Notes: generated by a model not told the origin, from the sequence alone. Positions 23,409 through 34,774 are shown, counted from the first letter of the stretch. The stretch is DNA of 64,000 nucleotides from Clostridia bacterium (GCA_050950825.1 JBMNIH010000009.1:1-64000), one strand, 5' to 3'. Translations and numbers: made by a program.

Positions 23409-24362
23409 ATGGATTGGTATGAAATTTCGATTTTAACAAATAAGGAAGACTTGGATTTGGCTGCGGAAATCCTTCTCGAGCAAGGATGCGGCGGTGTATC
23501 CATCGTAGATCCCGATGAAGTAAAGAACCGATTGGAAAATCCGGAGCCTTTGGATTACGTAGGCAGCGATTTGACGGAAAATGTACCGGACCATTATTCG
23601 GCAAAAGCCTATTTTTGCATCGATACGGATATCGACGGCATAGTCAGTACAATTACCAAAAGGATTAAAGAATGCTGCAAAGGCGAAAATCATGTTCTGG
23701 TGAAAATGGTTAACGATGAAAACTGGAATTCGTGGAAAGAATATTTTAAGCCGTTTTCTTTAATTGAAGGCATTACCGTGGTTCCGAGCTGGGAAGAATA
23801 TACACCGATGCCGGATGAAAAAACGATTATCATCGATCCCGGAATGGCTTTTGGAACCGGAACCCACGAAACCACAAGGCTTTGCTCCGAATTGGTTTAC
23901 CGTTACGTATCCGAAGGCTATTCCTTTTTGGATTTGGGTACGGGAACCGGTATTTTGTCTATGGTAGCGAAGCTAAAAAATGCGAAAACCGTAACGGCGG
24001 TGGATATCGACGATGCGGCCGTACGAGCGGCAAAAGAAAATTTTCAATTGAACGGTATTGCCCTTCGCGGTCAGAACGGTAATGAAGAAGGTATTGAAGT
24101 AATTAAAGGGACCTTGTATTCGGTAACGGACCGAAAATTCCATGTGGTTGCCGCCAATATCATAGCCGAAGTTTTGATCGATTTGGCTCCCGATATGGGC
24201 CGTATATTGACGAAACCGGGGTTCGTCATTTTATCCGGTATCATAGAGAAAAAAGAAGAAGAAGTATTAAATGCGTACCGTGAAAACGGATTCGAACCGG
24301 TTGAAAGAATCGGTGAAAACGACTGGGTAGCGATGGTGTTTCAATGGCGAGATTTTATATAA
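23409..24362 (+). CDS. prmA: Ribosomal protein L11 methyltransferase
   Basis: IDPGMAFGTGTHETT, LDLGTGTGIL, ANII. Confidence 0.95.
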   Translation: MDWYEISILTNKEDLDLAAEILLEQGCGGVSIVDPDEVKNRLENPEPLDYVGSDLTENVPDHYSAKAYFCIDTDIDGIVSTITKRIKECCKGENHVLVKMVNDENWNSWKEYFKPFSLIEGITVVPSWEEYTPMPDEKTIIIDPGMAFGTGTHETTRLCSELVYRYVSEGYSFLDLGTGTGILSMVAKLKNAKTVTAVDIDDAAVRAAKENFQLNGIALRGQNGNEEGIEVIKGTLYSVTDRKFHVVAANIIAEVLIDLAPDMGRILTKPGFVILSGIIEKKEEEVLNAYRENGFEPVERIGENDWVAMVFQWRDFI

Positions 24363-25066
24363 ACAAAGAACAAATATCCGAAGGGAAAGTGATTATTCAA
24401 GGTAAGGACGTTAATCATATCAAAAACGTACTGCGGATGAAGGTCCAAGACTCCTTGGAGCTGTGCGATAACGAGAATACGCTGTATAACGGTCGTATTG
24501 CCGGTTTTCATCCGAACTTTATCGAGGTTTTTATCGATACGGTTTCCGAAAACCAAACGGAGCCGGATATCAAGCTAACGGTACTTCAATGCATACCGAA
24601 AGGGGACAAGATGAGCACCATCATACAAAAATGCGTGGAATTGGGTGTTTCGGAAATCATTCCGGTTCTTTCTCATCGATGCGTATCTCGTCCGGAAAAC
24701 AAAAAGGTAATACGTTGGAACGCCGTTTCGGAAGAAGCCGCTAAGCAATGCAAAAGAGGGATCATCCCGAGAGTTACCGATATTATGTCGTTTCAAGAAG
24801 CCGTTGATGCAGCGGACGCCGATTTAAAAATCATTTGTTATGAATTGGAAAATGAACGTACGCTTCATGATATCGATTTTTCCAACGAAAAGATAAAAAC
24901 CGTCGCCGTGATCGTAGGTCCGGAAGGAGGTTTGGAAGAAAAAGAGGTCGAATACGCTTGTAATAAGCAATTTTTTCCGGTATCTTTGGGTAAACGGATT
25001 TTACGAACGGAAACCGCAGCACCGACAGTGGCCGGGATTATCATGTACTGTATGAAGCAGATTTAA
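24344..25066 (+). CDS. rsmE: 16S rRNA m3U1498 methyltransferase
   Basis: HIKNVLR, QKCVELGV, EAAKQCKR, VGPEGG, LGKRILRTETA. Confidence 0.95.
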   Translation: MARFYINKEQISEGKVIIQGKDVNHIKNVLRMKVQDSLELCDNENTLYNGRIAGFHPNFIEVFIDTVSENQTEPDIKLTVLQCIPKGDKMSTIIQKCVELGVSEIIPVLSHRCVSRPENKKVIRWNAVSEEAAKQCKRGIIPRVTDIMSFQEAVDAADADLKIICYELENERTLHDIDFSNEKIKTVAVIVGPEGGLEEKEVEYACNKQFFPVSLGKRILRTETAAPTVAGIIMYCMKQI

Positions 25067-25099
25067 AGAAGAACAAAACGTAAGGCTGGTAAGTAGAAG

Positions 25100-25978
25100 A
25101 TGATTAGAAGCATGACAGGATACGGAAAAAGCGAAGGTGTCATTGACGGCCATTATTTTAAATTTGAAATCAAAAGCGTCAATCACCGATATCTGGACAT
25201 CTCCTTCCGAATGCCCAGACAATTGCAATATATGGAGGATCGGTTTAAAAACATGATCTCCGAAAAAATCGGAAGAGGAAAAATCGAGGTTTATGTAAGC
25301 TACCAATGCTATGCCGAGGGGAAATATGAAGTTCACGTAGATAAGAGCTTGGCGAAAATCTACAAGGATGCATATGAAATGTTAGGCGAGTACTTGGGTA
25401 TCGAAAACGATTTGGCCGTTTCCAACATTATCAAAGCGGAAAACGTTATTACGCTGAGAGCCCTTGAGGAAGATGAAAACAGGCTTACCGAGATTGCCTG
25501 CTCCGTTTTAAAGGAAGCGTTGGATAAAATTATTGGCATGAAAATCGAGGAAGGTTCCAAATTGGCGCAAGATATTTTGTTGAAAAATCAAAATATTGCA
25601 AATCTCTTAAGGGAAGTGGAGGCTATAGCTCCGCAGGTACCGGTCGACTACAAAGAGCGATTAATGAAAAGAATGCAAGAATTCATTCAAAATGATTTTT
25701 TGGATGAAAACAGAATCATAACGGAAGTTGCTCTTTTCGCCGATCGATGCAGCATTGACGAAGAAATCGTTCGGCTGAAAAGTCATGTGGATCAGCTGGA
25801 AAGCTTAATACGTCATGATTCGTCCTCGGGAAAGAAAATGGACTTTCTTATTCAAGAAATGAATCGTGAAATCAATACCATCGGATCCAAAGCTAACAAT
25901 CTGACTATCACAAAACATGTAGTGGAAATGAAAAGTGAATTGGAAAAGATCCGAGAGCAAGTGCAGAATATTGAATGA
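25100..25978 (+). CDS. yloC: YicC/YloC family endoribonuclease
   Basis: MIRSMTGYG, EIKSVNHRY, GKKMDFLIQEMNREINTIGSK, REQVQNIE. Confidence 0.93.
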   Translation: MIRSMTGYGKSEGVIDGHYFKFEIKSVNHRYLDISFRMPRQLQYMEDRFKNMISEKIGRGKIEVYVSYQCYAEGKYEVHVDKSLAKIYKDAYEMLGEYLGIENDLAVSNIIKAENVITLRALEEDENRLTEIACSVLKEALDKIIGMKIEEGSKLAQDILLKNQNIANLLREVEAIAPQVPVDYKERLMKRMQEFIQNDFLDENRIITEVALFADRCSIDEEIVRLKSHVDQLESLIRHDSSSGKKMDFLIQEMNREINTIGSKANNLTITKHVVEMKSELEKIREQVQNIE

Positions 25979-26075
25979 GATTCGCAATGCCGGTATAATA
26001 TCAATATATTGTCTGAATATAAGATATGAAGGTGTCGTTACGAGAGTAACGTTATGATGATTATTGGAGGTTTAT

Positions 26076-26351
26076 ATGAAACTAATAAATATTGGATTCG
26101 GTAATATGGTTTCCGCTGACAGGCTTGTAGCTATTGTCAGTCCCGAATCGGCACCGATTAAAAGGATAATCCAAGAAGCGAAAGACAGAGGCATGCTTAT
26201 AGACGCAACTTACGGCAGAAGAACTCGAGCGGTTATCTTTACGGACAGTGATCATATCATATTGTCTGCCGTACAACCTGAAACGGTATCTAACAGGTTA
26301 AACAACAAGGAAGTTGTCGATGAACCGCTAACGGATGACAGCAAGGAATAG
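26076..26351 (+). CDS. remA: RemA (DUF370) regulator
   Basis: [14 protein letters not shown]...SAPIKR...[13 protein letters not shown]...LSAVQPET. Confidence 0.93.
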   Translation: MKLINIGFGNMVSADRLVAIVSPESAPIKRIIQEAKDRGMLIDATYGRRTRAVIFTDSDHIILSAVQPETVSNRLNNKEVVDEPLTDDSKE

Positions 26352-26355
26352 CCAA

Positions 26356-26937
26356 ATGAGAAAAGGACTGCTTTTCGTTTTTTCCGCTCCTTCCGGTGCC
26401 GGGAAAAGTACGATATTGAATAGGGTTATCGAGGACGATCCGAACATTCAATTTTCCGTGTCGGCGACTACTCGTTTACCTCGAAAAAGTGAAGTGGACG
26501 GCAGGGATTATCATTTTTTGGATCGCCGGCAATTTCTCGATAATATTAAAAACGGCAAAATGCTTGAGTATGACATCTACTGCGATAATTACTACGGTAC
26601 GTTGAAAAGCGCAGTGGAAGAACCGATTAATAAGGGTATCGATATCATACTCGAGATTACCGTACCCGGGGCATTGCAGGTAAAGAAAATGTATCCGGAC
26701 TGTATTATGATTTTTATTTGTCCCCCGAGTTTACAAGAATTAGAAAAAAGAATCCGCAGGAGGGGTACGGAAGACGAAGAGGTCATTCAAAGAAGATTGG
26801 AGCAAGCCGCCAAGGAAATGGCACAAGCGAATTTATATGATTACGTTGTAATCAATGACGATTTGGAAAAAGCGGTTCGTGAGATAAAGCAATTGATTCT
26901 AGAGAATCGAATGAAACGGAGGAGCGAAAGCCTATGA
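26356..26937 (+). CDS. gmk: Guanylate kinase
   Basis: SAPSGAGKST, SATTRLPR, YYGT, PPSLQELEKR. Confidence 0.95.
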   Translation: MRKGLLFVFSAPSGAGKSTILNRVIEDDPNIQFSVSATTRLPRKSEVDGRDYHFLDRRQFLDNIKNGKMLEYDIYCDNYYGTLKSAVEEPINKGIDIILEITVPGALQVKKMYPDCIMIFICPPSLQELEKRIRRRGTEDEEVIQRRLEQAAKEMAQANLYDYVVINDDLEKAVREIKQLILENRMKRRSESL

Positions 26938-27173
26938 TGAATAAACCGACATTAGCAGAGCTTATGAGCCAAGGTATGGACAGCAAATACACCTTAGTAA
27001 TGGCGATAGCCAAAAGAGCCCGAAGAATAGCGGCCGGCGAAAAGCCTCTTGTTGATGCGTATACGGTGAAACCTGTTTCGATTGCAGCATTTGAAATTGC
27101 CAATGGGAAAATTAAATGCTACAGAAGATCGGAACCGGTAAGCGTTATCACGGAAGAAACGACAAGCAACTAA
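26934..27173 (+). CDS. rpoZ: RNA polymerase omega subunit
   Basis: SKYTLVMAIAKRAR, KPVSIAAFEI; follows gmk. Confidence 0.92.
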   Translation: MMNKPTLAELMSQGMDSKYTLVMAIAKRARRIAAGEKPLVDAYTVKPVSIAAFEIANGKIKCYRRSEPVSVITEETTSN

Positions 27174-27246
27174 CTTAAAATTTATTTTTTGATAAATAAC
27201 ATTTATAGTCTTATCTTGATATAGCTAAATGTGGGAAGGAGTCAGT

Positions 27247-28635
27247 ATGACAGTAGAGAAAACCATGGATAAAATCGTAGCTCTCGCGAAAAACCGCGGA
27301 TTCGTTTTTCCCGGTTCCGATATTTACGGAGGGCTGGCAAACGCATGGGATTACGGTCCATTGGGTGTTGAACTGAAGAACAACGTAAAAAAGGCTTGGT
27401 GGAAAAAGTTTGTACAAGAAAGCGAGTACAATGTAGGAATCGATTCCGCCATTTTAATGAATCCCCAAGTATGGGTTGCTTCCGGACACGTCGGAAGCTT
27501 CAACGATCCTTTGATCGACTGTAAAGAATGTAAAACTCGCCATCGTGCGGATAACTTGATAAAAGAGTACAATAGCCAAAACGGTATTAATATTAATGTG
27601 GACGGTTGGTCAAACGATGAACTCGTCGCATATATTGACGAAAAGAATATCGTATGTCCCGTATGTAAAAAGAAAAATTATACCAAAATTCGCAAGTTCA
27701 ACTTGATGTTTAAAACCTACCAAGGTGTTACCGAAGATACAAGCTCCGAAATCTACTTAAGACCGGAAACGGCCCAAGGTATATTCGTTAATTTTAAGAA
27801 TGTTCAAAGAACCACGAGAAAGAAAATACCTTTCGGTATAGGTCAAATCGGTAAATCCTTCCGAAACGAAATAACTCCGGGAAACTTTACATTCCGGACA
27901 AGAGAATTTGAACAGATGGAATTGGAGTTCTTCTGCGAACCGGGAACCGACTTGGAATGGTTTAATTATTGGAAAAACTTTTCCATCAATTGGCTTCTCA
28001 GCTTGGGTCTAAAAGAAGAAAATTTAAAGTTTAGAGATCATTCGGAGAAAGAACTGTCACACTACAGCAAAGCGACAACAGACATTGAGTATAAATTCCC
28101 CTTCGGTTGGGGTGAGCTGTGGGGTATTGCCGACCGTACGGACTACGACTTAAAACAACATATGGAGTACTCCAAGGAGGATTTGTCTTACTTTGATCCG
28201 ATTACCAATGAAAAATATGTTCCTTATGTTATTGAACCTTCGTTAGGTGCCGACCGTGTTGCCTTGGCATTCCTATGCGAAGCTTACGACGAAGAAGAAA
28301 TCAGCGAAGGAGACGTACGTACGGTATTGAGGTTCCATCCGGCTTTGGCACCGGTTAAAATCGCCGTTTTACCCTTGTCCAAGAAATTATCGGATGGCGC
28401 TTACGAAATATACAAGAGTCTGATTAAACGTTTCGTGTGCGAATTCGATGAAACCGGAAGTATCGGTAAACGTTACAGAAGGCAAGATGAAATCGGTACA
28501 CCGTATTGTATTACCTTTGACTTTGATTCCTTGGAAGATCATGCCGTAACTGTTCGTGACAGAGATTCCATGGAACAAGTACGTATCCCCATTGACGAAT
28601 TGGTAAGTTACTTTGATAAGAAGTTTGATTTTTGA
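27247..28635 (+). CDS. glyQS: Glycine--tRNA ligase (homodimeric type)
   Basis: [57 protein letters not shown]. Confidence 0.96.
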   Translation: MTVEKTMDKIVALAKNRGFVFPGSDIYGGLANAWDYGPLGVELKNNVKKAWWKKFVQESEYNVGIDSAILMNPQVWVASGHVGSFNDPLIDCKECKTRHRADNLIKEYNSQNGININVDGWSNDELVAYIDEKNIVCPVCKKKNYTKIRKFNLMFKTYQGVTEDTSSEIYLRPETAQGIFVNFKNVQRTTRKKIPFGIGQIGKSFRNEITPGNFTFRTREFEQMELEFFCEPGTDLEWFNYWKNFSINWLLSLGLKEENLKFRDHSEKELSHYSKATTDIEYKFPFGWGELWGIADRTDYDLKQHMEYSKEDLSYFDPITNEKYVPYVIEPSLGADRVALAFLCEAYDEEEISEGDVRTVLRFHPALAPVKIAVLPLSKKLSDGAYEIYKSLIKRFVCEFDETGSIGKRYRRQDEIGTPYCITFDFDSLEDHAVTVRDRDSMEQVRIPIDELVSYFDKKFDF

Positions 28636-28651
28636 CAGGCTAAGCGAAACG

Positions 28652-28685
28652 GAGCATAGCCAAAAAGCAACGGCTATGCTCTTTT
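28652..28685 (+). terminator. Terminator after glyQS
   Basis: GAGCATAGCC-loop-GGCTATGCTC-TTTT. Confidence 0.8.
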
Positions 28686-28963
28686 CATATCCGTTATCGA
28701 CATAATCATTTTCCGGATTCAATCTGCAAAATGAAATTTATCTTTCAAAACAAAATGAAAACGATTGATTATTTCTTAGTGTTAGTATAAAATATACCGG
28801 AACTTATTCCATTTTTTATGCTTAAAATTCACAGCTTCAATGTTTGTAACATTACCGATTATAAAAATTAAAAATTGGAATTATTTAAGTAATAAATATG
28901 GCAAACTATAGCAATAATAAAAGTGGGCTATAAAGAAACAAAGTTCAACACAGGAGGATTTTT

Positions 28964-31618
28964 ATGGCAAAATATGTTTACCTTTTTACAGAGGGTAACG
29001 CCCAAATGAGAAATTTATTAGGCGGAAAAGGAGCGAACTTAGCCGAGATGACCGGCTTAGGGCTTCCTGTACCTAGAGGATTTACCATTACAACCGAGGC
29101 ATGCACGAGGTATTATAATGACGGAAGAATGGTTTGCACAGATGTCGAGGATCAAGTATACGAAGCTTTAGCGAAAACCGAAGAAATAGTAGGTAAAAAG
29201 TTTGGTAATCCTAAAAATCCGTTGCTTGTTTCCGTACGTTCGGGAGCAAGAGCATCGATGCCGGGAATGATGGACACGATTTTGAATCTCGGCCTTAACG
29301 ACCAAGTAGTGGAAGGTTTGGCTGAACTTACAAACAATCCGAGATTTGCATATGACAGCTATAGAAGATTCATCCAAATGTTTTCGGATGTGGTGATGGA
29401 AGTTCCGAAATCCAAATTTGAAGCCGTATTGGACGACATAAAAAAAGAAAAAGGTTATTCTTATGACAATGAATTAACCGTTGACGATTTAAAGAAGATC
29501 GTCGATGAGTATAAAAAGATATACAAGGATGCTTTAGGATCGGATTTCCCGCAAGAACCGATAAAACAGCTTATGGCGGCTATTCATGCGGTATTCCGTT
29601 CTTGGGACAACCCCCGAGCCATCACTTACAGGAGATTAAACGATATTCCGGGCGATTGGGGAACGGCCGTTAACGTACAAGAAATGGTGTTCGGTAATAT
29701 GGGCGACGATTCCGGAACCGGCGTTGCATTTACCCGAAATCCTTCCACCGGTGAAAAGAAGATTTACGGTGAATTCTTGATGAATGCCCAAGGAGAAGAC
29801 GTGGTAGCAGGCATCCGCACCCCCGAGCCTTTGGACAGGCTGAAGGAAGTCAATCCGCAAGTTTACAAGCAATTCATGGAAATCGCCGACATCTTGGAAA
29901 AGCACTATCGTGATATGCAGGACATGGAATTTACCATTGAAAAAGGTAAGTTATTCATGCTTCAAACAAGAAACGGTAAAAGAACGGCAGCCGCTGCAAT
30001 AAAAATTGCCGTTGATTTGGTTAAGGAAGGCTTGATAACCAAAGAAGAAGCGATTATGAAGGTTGATCCGAAGCAGTTAGATGCGCTGCTGCATCCTACC
30101 TTTGAAGAAAAAGCGATAAAGAAAGCGATTCCCATTGCAAAAGGTTTGCCGGCTTCTCCCGGAGCTGCTACCGGTGCCGTTTACTTTACGGCGGAAGACG
30201 CGAAAAAAGCCGTGGAATCGGGAATCAAAAAAGTCATATTGGTAAGACTGGAAACCTCTCCTGAAGATATTGAAGGAATGCATGCCGCTCAAGGTATTTT
30301 AACCTCCAGAGGCGGTATGACATCCCACGCCGCCGTTGTTGCACGCGGAATGGGAAAATGCTGCGTTGCCGGTTGTCCCGATATCACAATATTCGAAGAA
30401 GAAAAATACTTCTTGGATAAAAACGGCGATAAGATTGCGGAAGGTGAGATCATTTCCTTGGACGGTACCACCGGAAACGTTTACAAGGGCGAGATTAAGA
30501 CCGTTGCTCCCGAATTGTCCGGTGACTTCGGAACGTTAATGAGCTGGGCGGACGAAATTCGAACATTAAAGGTTCGTACCAATGCCGATTCTCCTAACGA
30601 CGCGAAGGTTGCTCTTGATTTCGGAGCGGAAGGTATCGGCCTCTGTAGAACGGAGCATATGTTCTTTGAACCGGATCGTATTCCTGCAATCCGTGAAATG
30701 ATCGTATCCGAAACCGAAGAACAAAGAAGAAAAGCTTTGGCAAAACTGCTGCCGATGCAAAGAGCCGACTTTGAAGGTATTTTCAAAGTGATGGACGGTT
30801 TCCCCGTAACCATTCGCTTATTGGATCCTCCGCTCCATGAATTCTTGCCGCAAGACGAAGAAGATATTAAAGAGCTTGCAGCGACCATGGGCATGACATA
30901 CGAAAAGCTGGTTTCCATCATCGAAAGCTTGCATGAAGTCAATCCCATGTTAGGTCACAGAGGATGCCGTCTGGCCGTATCTTATCCGGAAATCGCGGAA
31001 ATGCAAACAAGAGCCATTATCGAAGCTGCCGTTAACATTACGAAAGCCGGAAAGACGGTGAAGCCGGAAATCATGGTGCCTTTAGTAGGGGATGTAAAAG
31101 AATTAAAATACGTTAAGAGCGTTATCGTTCGTACTGCCGAAGAAGTCATTAAAGAAACCGGCGTAAATATTGATTATTATGTCGGAACCATGATTGAAAT
31201 ACCGAGAGCGGCTTTAACGGCCGATAAAATTGCACAAGAAGCGGAATTCTTCTCCTTCGGTACAAACGATTTGACGCAAATGACCTACGGATTAAGCCGC
31301 GATGACGCGGGTAAGATCCTGGAAGATTATTATGCAAGAAAAATCTATGAATTCGATCCTACCGCTCGTTTGGACTGGGAAGGTGTAGGCAAATTGGTTT
31401 CCATAGCCGTTGAATTGGGTAAGAAGACCCGACCGGATATCAAGCTCGGTATCTGCGGTGAACACGGCGGAGATCCTTCTTCCATCGAATTCTGCCATAT
31501 CACCGGATTGTCTTATGTATCTTGCTCACCGTACAGAGTGCCCATAGCAAGACTGGCGGCGGCCCAAGCATACATCAAGAATAGGAAAGACAATTCCGTA
31601 GAAGCAGGACAAAGATAA
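28964..31618 (+). CDS. ppdK: Pyruvate, phosphate dikinase
   Basis: LLGGKGANLAEM, SVRSGARASMPGMMDT, GGMTSHAAVVAR, FSFGTNDLTQ, GICGEHGG. Confidence 0.97.
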   Translation: MAKYVYLFTEGNAQMRNLLGGKGANLAEMTGLGLPVPRGFTITTEACTRYYNDGRMVCTDVEDQVYEALAKTEEIVGKKFGNPKNPLLVSVRSGARASMPGMMDTILNLGLNDQVVEGLAELTNNPRFAYDSYRRFIQMFSDVVMEVPKSKFEAVLDDIKKEKGYSYDNELTVDDLKKIVDEYKKIYKDALGSDFPQEPIKQLMAAIHAVFRSWDNPRAITYRRLNDIPGDWGTAVNVQEMVFGNMGDDSGTGVAFTRNPSTGEKKIYGEFLMNAQGEDVVAGIRTPEPLDRLKEVNPQVYKQFMEIADILEKHYRDMQDMEFTIEKGKLFMLQTRNGKRTAAAAIKIAVDLVKEGLITKEEAIMKVDPKQLDALLHPTFEEKAIKKAIPIAKGLPASPGAATGAVYFTAEDAKKAVESGIKKVILVRLETSPEDIEGMHAAQGILTSRGGMTSHAAVVARGMGKCCVAGCPDITIFEEEKYFLDKNGDKIAEGEIISLDGTTGNVYKGEIKTVAPELSGDFGTLMSWADEIRTLKVRTNADSPNDAKVALDFGAEGIGLCRTEHMFFEPDRIPAIREMIVSETEEQRRKALAKLLPMQRADFEGIFKVMDGFPVTIRLLDPPLHEFLPQDEEDIKELAATMGMTYEKLVSIIESLHEVNPMLGHRGCRLAVSYPEIAEMQTRAIIEAAVNITKAGKTVKPEIMVPLVGDVKELKYVKSVIVRTAEEVIKETGVNIDYYVGTMIEIPRAALTADKIAQEAEFFSFGTNDLTQMTYGLSRDDAGKILEDYYARKIYEFDPTARLDWEGVGKLVSIAVELGKKTRPDIKLGICGEHGGDPSSIEFCHITGLSYVSCSPYRVPIARLAAAQAYIKNRKDNSVEAGQR

Positions 31619-31633
31619 AAAAATAAAGAATAT

Positions 31634-31678
31634 TATGAAAACAGGGTGTATTCGAAATCGACACCCTGTTTTTTCATA
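31634..31678 (+). terminator. Terminator after ppdK
   Basis: AAAACAGGGTGT...ACACCCTGTTTTTT. Confidence 0.75.
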
Positions 31679-31756
31679 TATGTGAGCATATATGTGAGAA
31701 CCGTCCCCGTCATCTTCAAAAAAATAAAGGCTGCATAAAAGCTTGCAACCTTTTTG

Positions 31757-31830
31757 TGGCTGCGGACGAAGGATTCGAACCCTCACAGAATGATCCAGAG
31801 TCATTAGTGCTACCGTTACACCAGTCCGCA
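31757..31830 (-). tRNA. tRNA-Gln (CTG)
   Basis: Minus strand TGCGGAC...AATGA-CTCTGGA-TCATT...GGTTCGAATCC..GTCCGCA-GCCA. Confidence 0.95.
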
Positions 31831-31963
31831 ACGAATCAACGGTAATATATTAACACCATTATGCCGCTTTTTCAAGACTTTTTTTATGCTATAATGAACG
31901 TACGGATTCAAACGGTTTCAACTGTTTCATGTTTTTTCAATCATTACATACGAGGAGCGAATC

Positions 31964-32608
31964 ATGGTCAAATCAAAAGAATGGAATTGGGCAACGGTTA
32001 CGGACGAAATTTGGAATGAGCCTAGCGAGGATTCCTATTATTATCTCCATCGATGGATGGAAAAGAAATTTGAAAGGTTTTTGGATTTGGGCTGCGGATT
32101 GGGAAGACACTCGATATTGTTTGCAAAAAACGGTTTTTTAACCGATAGCATTGATCTTTCTCCGTATGCCGTAGAACAACTGACTCAAAAAGCAAAAGAG
32201 CAAAATCTAAGCATTAAGGCTGAGGTCGGCGACATTCATAATCTGCCTTACGAGGATAATCGGTTCGACTGCTTGTTGGCCTATCATGTCATATCTCATA
32301 CCGATTCCGAGGGGATTATTAAGGTTATAAGCGAAATCCGTCGCGTATTAAGAAGCGGAGGAGAGTTTTATATCACCCTATGCTCGAAAAGCAGCCCCAA
32401 TTTTACTCAGTCAAAGTATCCAAAAATCGATGAAAATACCGTCATAAAAACGGAAGAGCCGGAAATAGGCATTCCTCACTATTATGCCGATTTACAAGAT
32501 ATACATCGACTTTTACGTGAATTTTTAATCTTTCGAATCCGACACATTGAAGATTTCTTTAAAAATACAAGTAGCCGGCACTATTATATTCACGGCGGAA
32601 AACCGTAA
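31964..32608 (+). CDS. Class I SAM-dependent methyltransferase
   Basis: FLDLGCGLGRH, IDLS, GDIHNLPY, RRVLRSGG; RBS GAGGAG. Confidence 0.88.
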   Translation: MVKSKEWNWATVTDEIWNEPSEDSYYYLHRWMEKKFERFLDLGCGLGRHSILFAKNGFLTDSIDLSPYAVEQLTQKAKEQNLSIKAEVGDIHNLPYEDNRFDCLLAYHVISHTDSEGIIKVISEIRRVLRSGGEFYITLCSKSSPNFTQSKYPKIDENTVIKTEEPEIGIPHYYADLQDIHRLLREFLIFRIRHIEDFFKNTSSRHYYIHGGKP

Positions 32609-32633
32609 GGGTGAAGGACAGTAGGAAGAAAAG

Positions 32634-33371
32634 CTATTTTAACAACCTTTTTATCATCGATCGGTTCGCTTCTAATTCTTCCCGGTCGTTCAATTCTTGC
32701 AATTCCGGAGCATCCGGATATTTTTTCTTAAAAGCACAGGAAAGAATATAATCCGCAAGATGAGGGTTTTTAGGCAAAAGGCTGCCGTGAGAATAAGAAC
32801 AGAATACATTCTTGTAGCGTGCACCTTCGTATCCGTCTTCTCCGTTATTACCAAACCCCTTTACTACTTTGCCCAAAGGGTCTACTCCTTCACCGAGATA
32901 AGTTAAGCCGGAATGGTTTTCGAATCCGACGGCACGATACGATTCCCCGGTTTGATTGTGAACCCATTCGAACACCAAATTGCCGATCAATCGCTTTTTG
33001 GAGCTTTTGGTCTCGATATTGATAACTCCCGGAAGTTCAATGAGTTTTTCTTCGGTTTCGTAGTATTTTCCCAACATTTGGTAGCCGCCGCAGATTGCCA
33101 ATACGGTTCCGTCGTTTTCCACGTATCTTTTTATTTCCTCATGCTGTTTATAAAAATCTTCCAACATGATTTCCTGCTCGAAATCTTGACCGCCCCCGAT
33201 AAAAAGGATATCGCATTGTTCCGCCGAGAAAGGACGGCCTAAAGATATGTTTTGTATCCCGACATCAATGCCTCTCCAGAGGCATCTTTTTTGAAGAGCG
33301 ATTACATTTCCTCTGTCGCCGTATAAATTCAAAATATCCGGGTATAAGTGACAAATCGTTAATGAATACAT
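32634..33371 (-). CDS. gatD: Lipid II isoglutaminyl synthase glutaminase subunit (CobQ-like)
   Basis: LYPDILNLYGDRGN, GGGQDFEQ, AICGGYQMLG, GFENHSG, HGSLLPKNP. Confidence 0.92.
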   Translation of the reverse strand: MYSLTICHLYPDILNLYGDRGNVIALQKRCLWRGIDVGIQNISLGRPFSAEQCDILFIGGGQDFEQEIMLEDFYKQHEEIKRYVENDGTVLAICGGYQMLGKYYETEEKLIELPGVINIETKSSKKRLIGNLVFEWVHNQTGESYRAVGFENHSGLTYLGEGVDPLGKVVKGFGNNGEDGYEGARYKNVFCSYSHGSLLPKNPHLADYILSCAFKKKYPDAPELQELNDREELEANRSMIKRLLK

Positions 33372-33379
33372 AGGAAACC

Positions 33380-34774
33380 TCATTTCCAGAATTTTTTGAT
33401 ACCGTATCTGCGAACCAATAATTTTCGAAAATCCAATAAAGCGGTATAGGAGGGGAAAACGTAGAAATAGCCGTTTTCGGGTGTTATAGCTAATCCCTTG
33501 TCCACAAGCAGGTTATAATCCTTTATTAAACGAACCTTTTTCATATCCAAACCGGCGTATTTCAAACGAACGGTCATATCCTCGCCTCGCAGTCCGGAGG
33601 TAAAGAAAGCAGGCACAACCTCCTGTACTTGACCGAGTTTTTCAAATTCAACGTCCCAAAGCCACGAAATGTCTCTTCCGTCCGCGGTGAGATCGTTGAT
33701 GATCATGGCGGCAGGATAAGGTTTGTTTTGGGAAATGAACAATTCCAATGCTTGATCGAAACCGACTACGTTTTTCACCAAAACCATTCTTAACGTTTTA
33801 TTGCCGATACGAATATCTTCCATCCTCCCGAATCCGATTTCGAAGCCGGCCAAGGCCTCCACACTTTTTTTCGGATCGAAACCGAAAACCTTGCTTAATG
33901 TAATGGCGGCCATGGCATTGTAAATATTGTACTGACCGGGAACGGGGATTGTACCTTCGATGGTTTGAACATTCTCTTTGTTATCCGGATCGCCAATGGA
34001 AAGAAGGATTTTTGTGTTTTTGTCGGTCAAAACGGGAGTTTCCGACAAAGCCGTCAAAAGGTAAGGACGGCTAAAGCCACATTCCGGACAGTAAAAATCA
34101 CCTAAATGCCCGTAGGTGTGGTGGCGGTAAAGGTACTCGACTTTGCAATAGATGCAAAATCTTCCGTCGGAAACGCTTCCTTCTTTGTATTCGCCGAAAG
34201 CGATACGGGTTCCGTAATAGTAGGCTTCGTTGGGAAGGTCTTTTCCGATAGAAGCGCAAAAAGAATCGTCTCCGTTTAAAATAAGCTTCGTATTTGGGCA
34301 GCTGCTTAGTCCTTCCTTTACTCCGGATAATAAAGTATATAACTCGCCGAAGCGATCCAGCTGGTCTCTGAAAAAGTTTGTTACAACCACATAATCCGGC
34401 TTTATTAACGGAGCTATGGTTTTTAATGCCGCTTCGTCCACTTCCAAAACCGCATATTCTTCGTCAAATCGCCCGTTGAGCTTCATTGCGTTTAATAGGG
34501 TGGTGGTAATGCCGCTTTGCAAGTTGGCACCGGACTTGTTCGTAATATATTTGATATCATGAGCCTTTAAGATTCCCGTAATCATGCGAACCGTTGTTGT
34601 TTTTCCGTTTGTACCTGTGACGAACACCGTTTTAATGCGAGAAGATATAACCGAAAGGATATTCGGATAAATTTTAGCCGCAATTTTGCCGGGTAAAGAG
34701 GTACCGCCGGATTTAAAGATGCGCAATATCTTAACAAGTAGTTTTACCAACAAAACCGTAATCGTTAATCTCAT
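33380..34774 (-). CDS. murT: Lipid II isoglutaminyl synthase ligase subunit (Mur ligase + DUF1727)
   Basis: VTGTNGKTTT, EVDEA, NFFRDQLDRFGE, CxxC/CPEC, ADGRDISWLWD; adjacent to gatD. Confidence 0.92.
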   Translation of the reverse strand: MRLTITVLLVKLLVKILRIFKSGGTSLPGKIAAKIYPNILSVISSRIKTVFVTGTNGKTTTVRMITGILKAHDIKYITNKSGANLQSGITTTLLNAMKLNGRFDEEYAVLEVDEAALKTIAPLIKPDYVVVTNFFRDQLDRFGELYTLLSGVKEGLSSCPNTKLILNGDDSFCASIGKDLPNEAYYYGTRIAFGEYKEGSVSDGRFCIYCKVEYLYRHHTYGHLGDFYCPECGFSRPYLLTALSETPVLTDKNTKILLSIGDPDNKENVQTIEGTIPVPGQYNIYNAMAAITLSKVFGFDPKKSVEALAGFEIGFGRMEDIRIGNKTLRMVLVKNVVGFDQALELFISQNKPYPAAMIINDLTADGRDISWLWDVEFEKLGQVQEVVPAFFTSGLRGEDMTVRLKYAGLDMKKVRLIKDYNLLVDKGLAITPENGYFYVFPSYTALLDFRKLLVRRYGIKKFWK

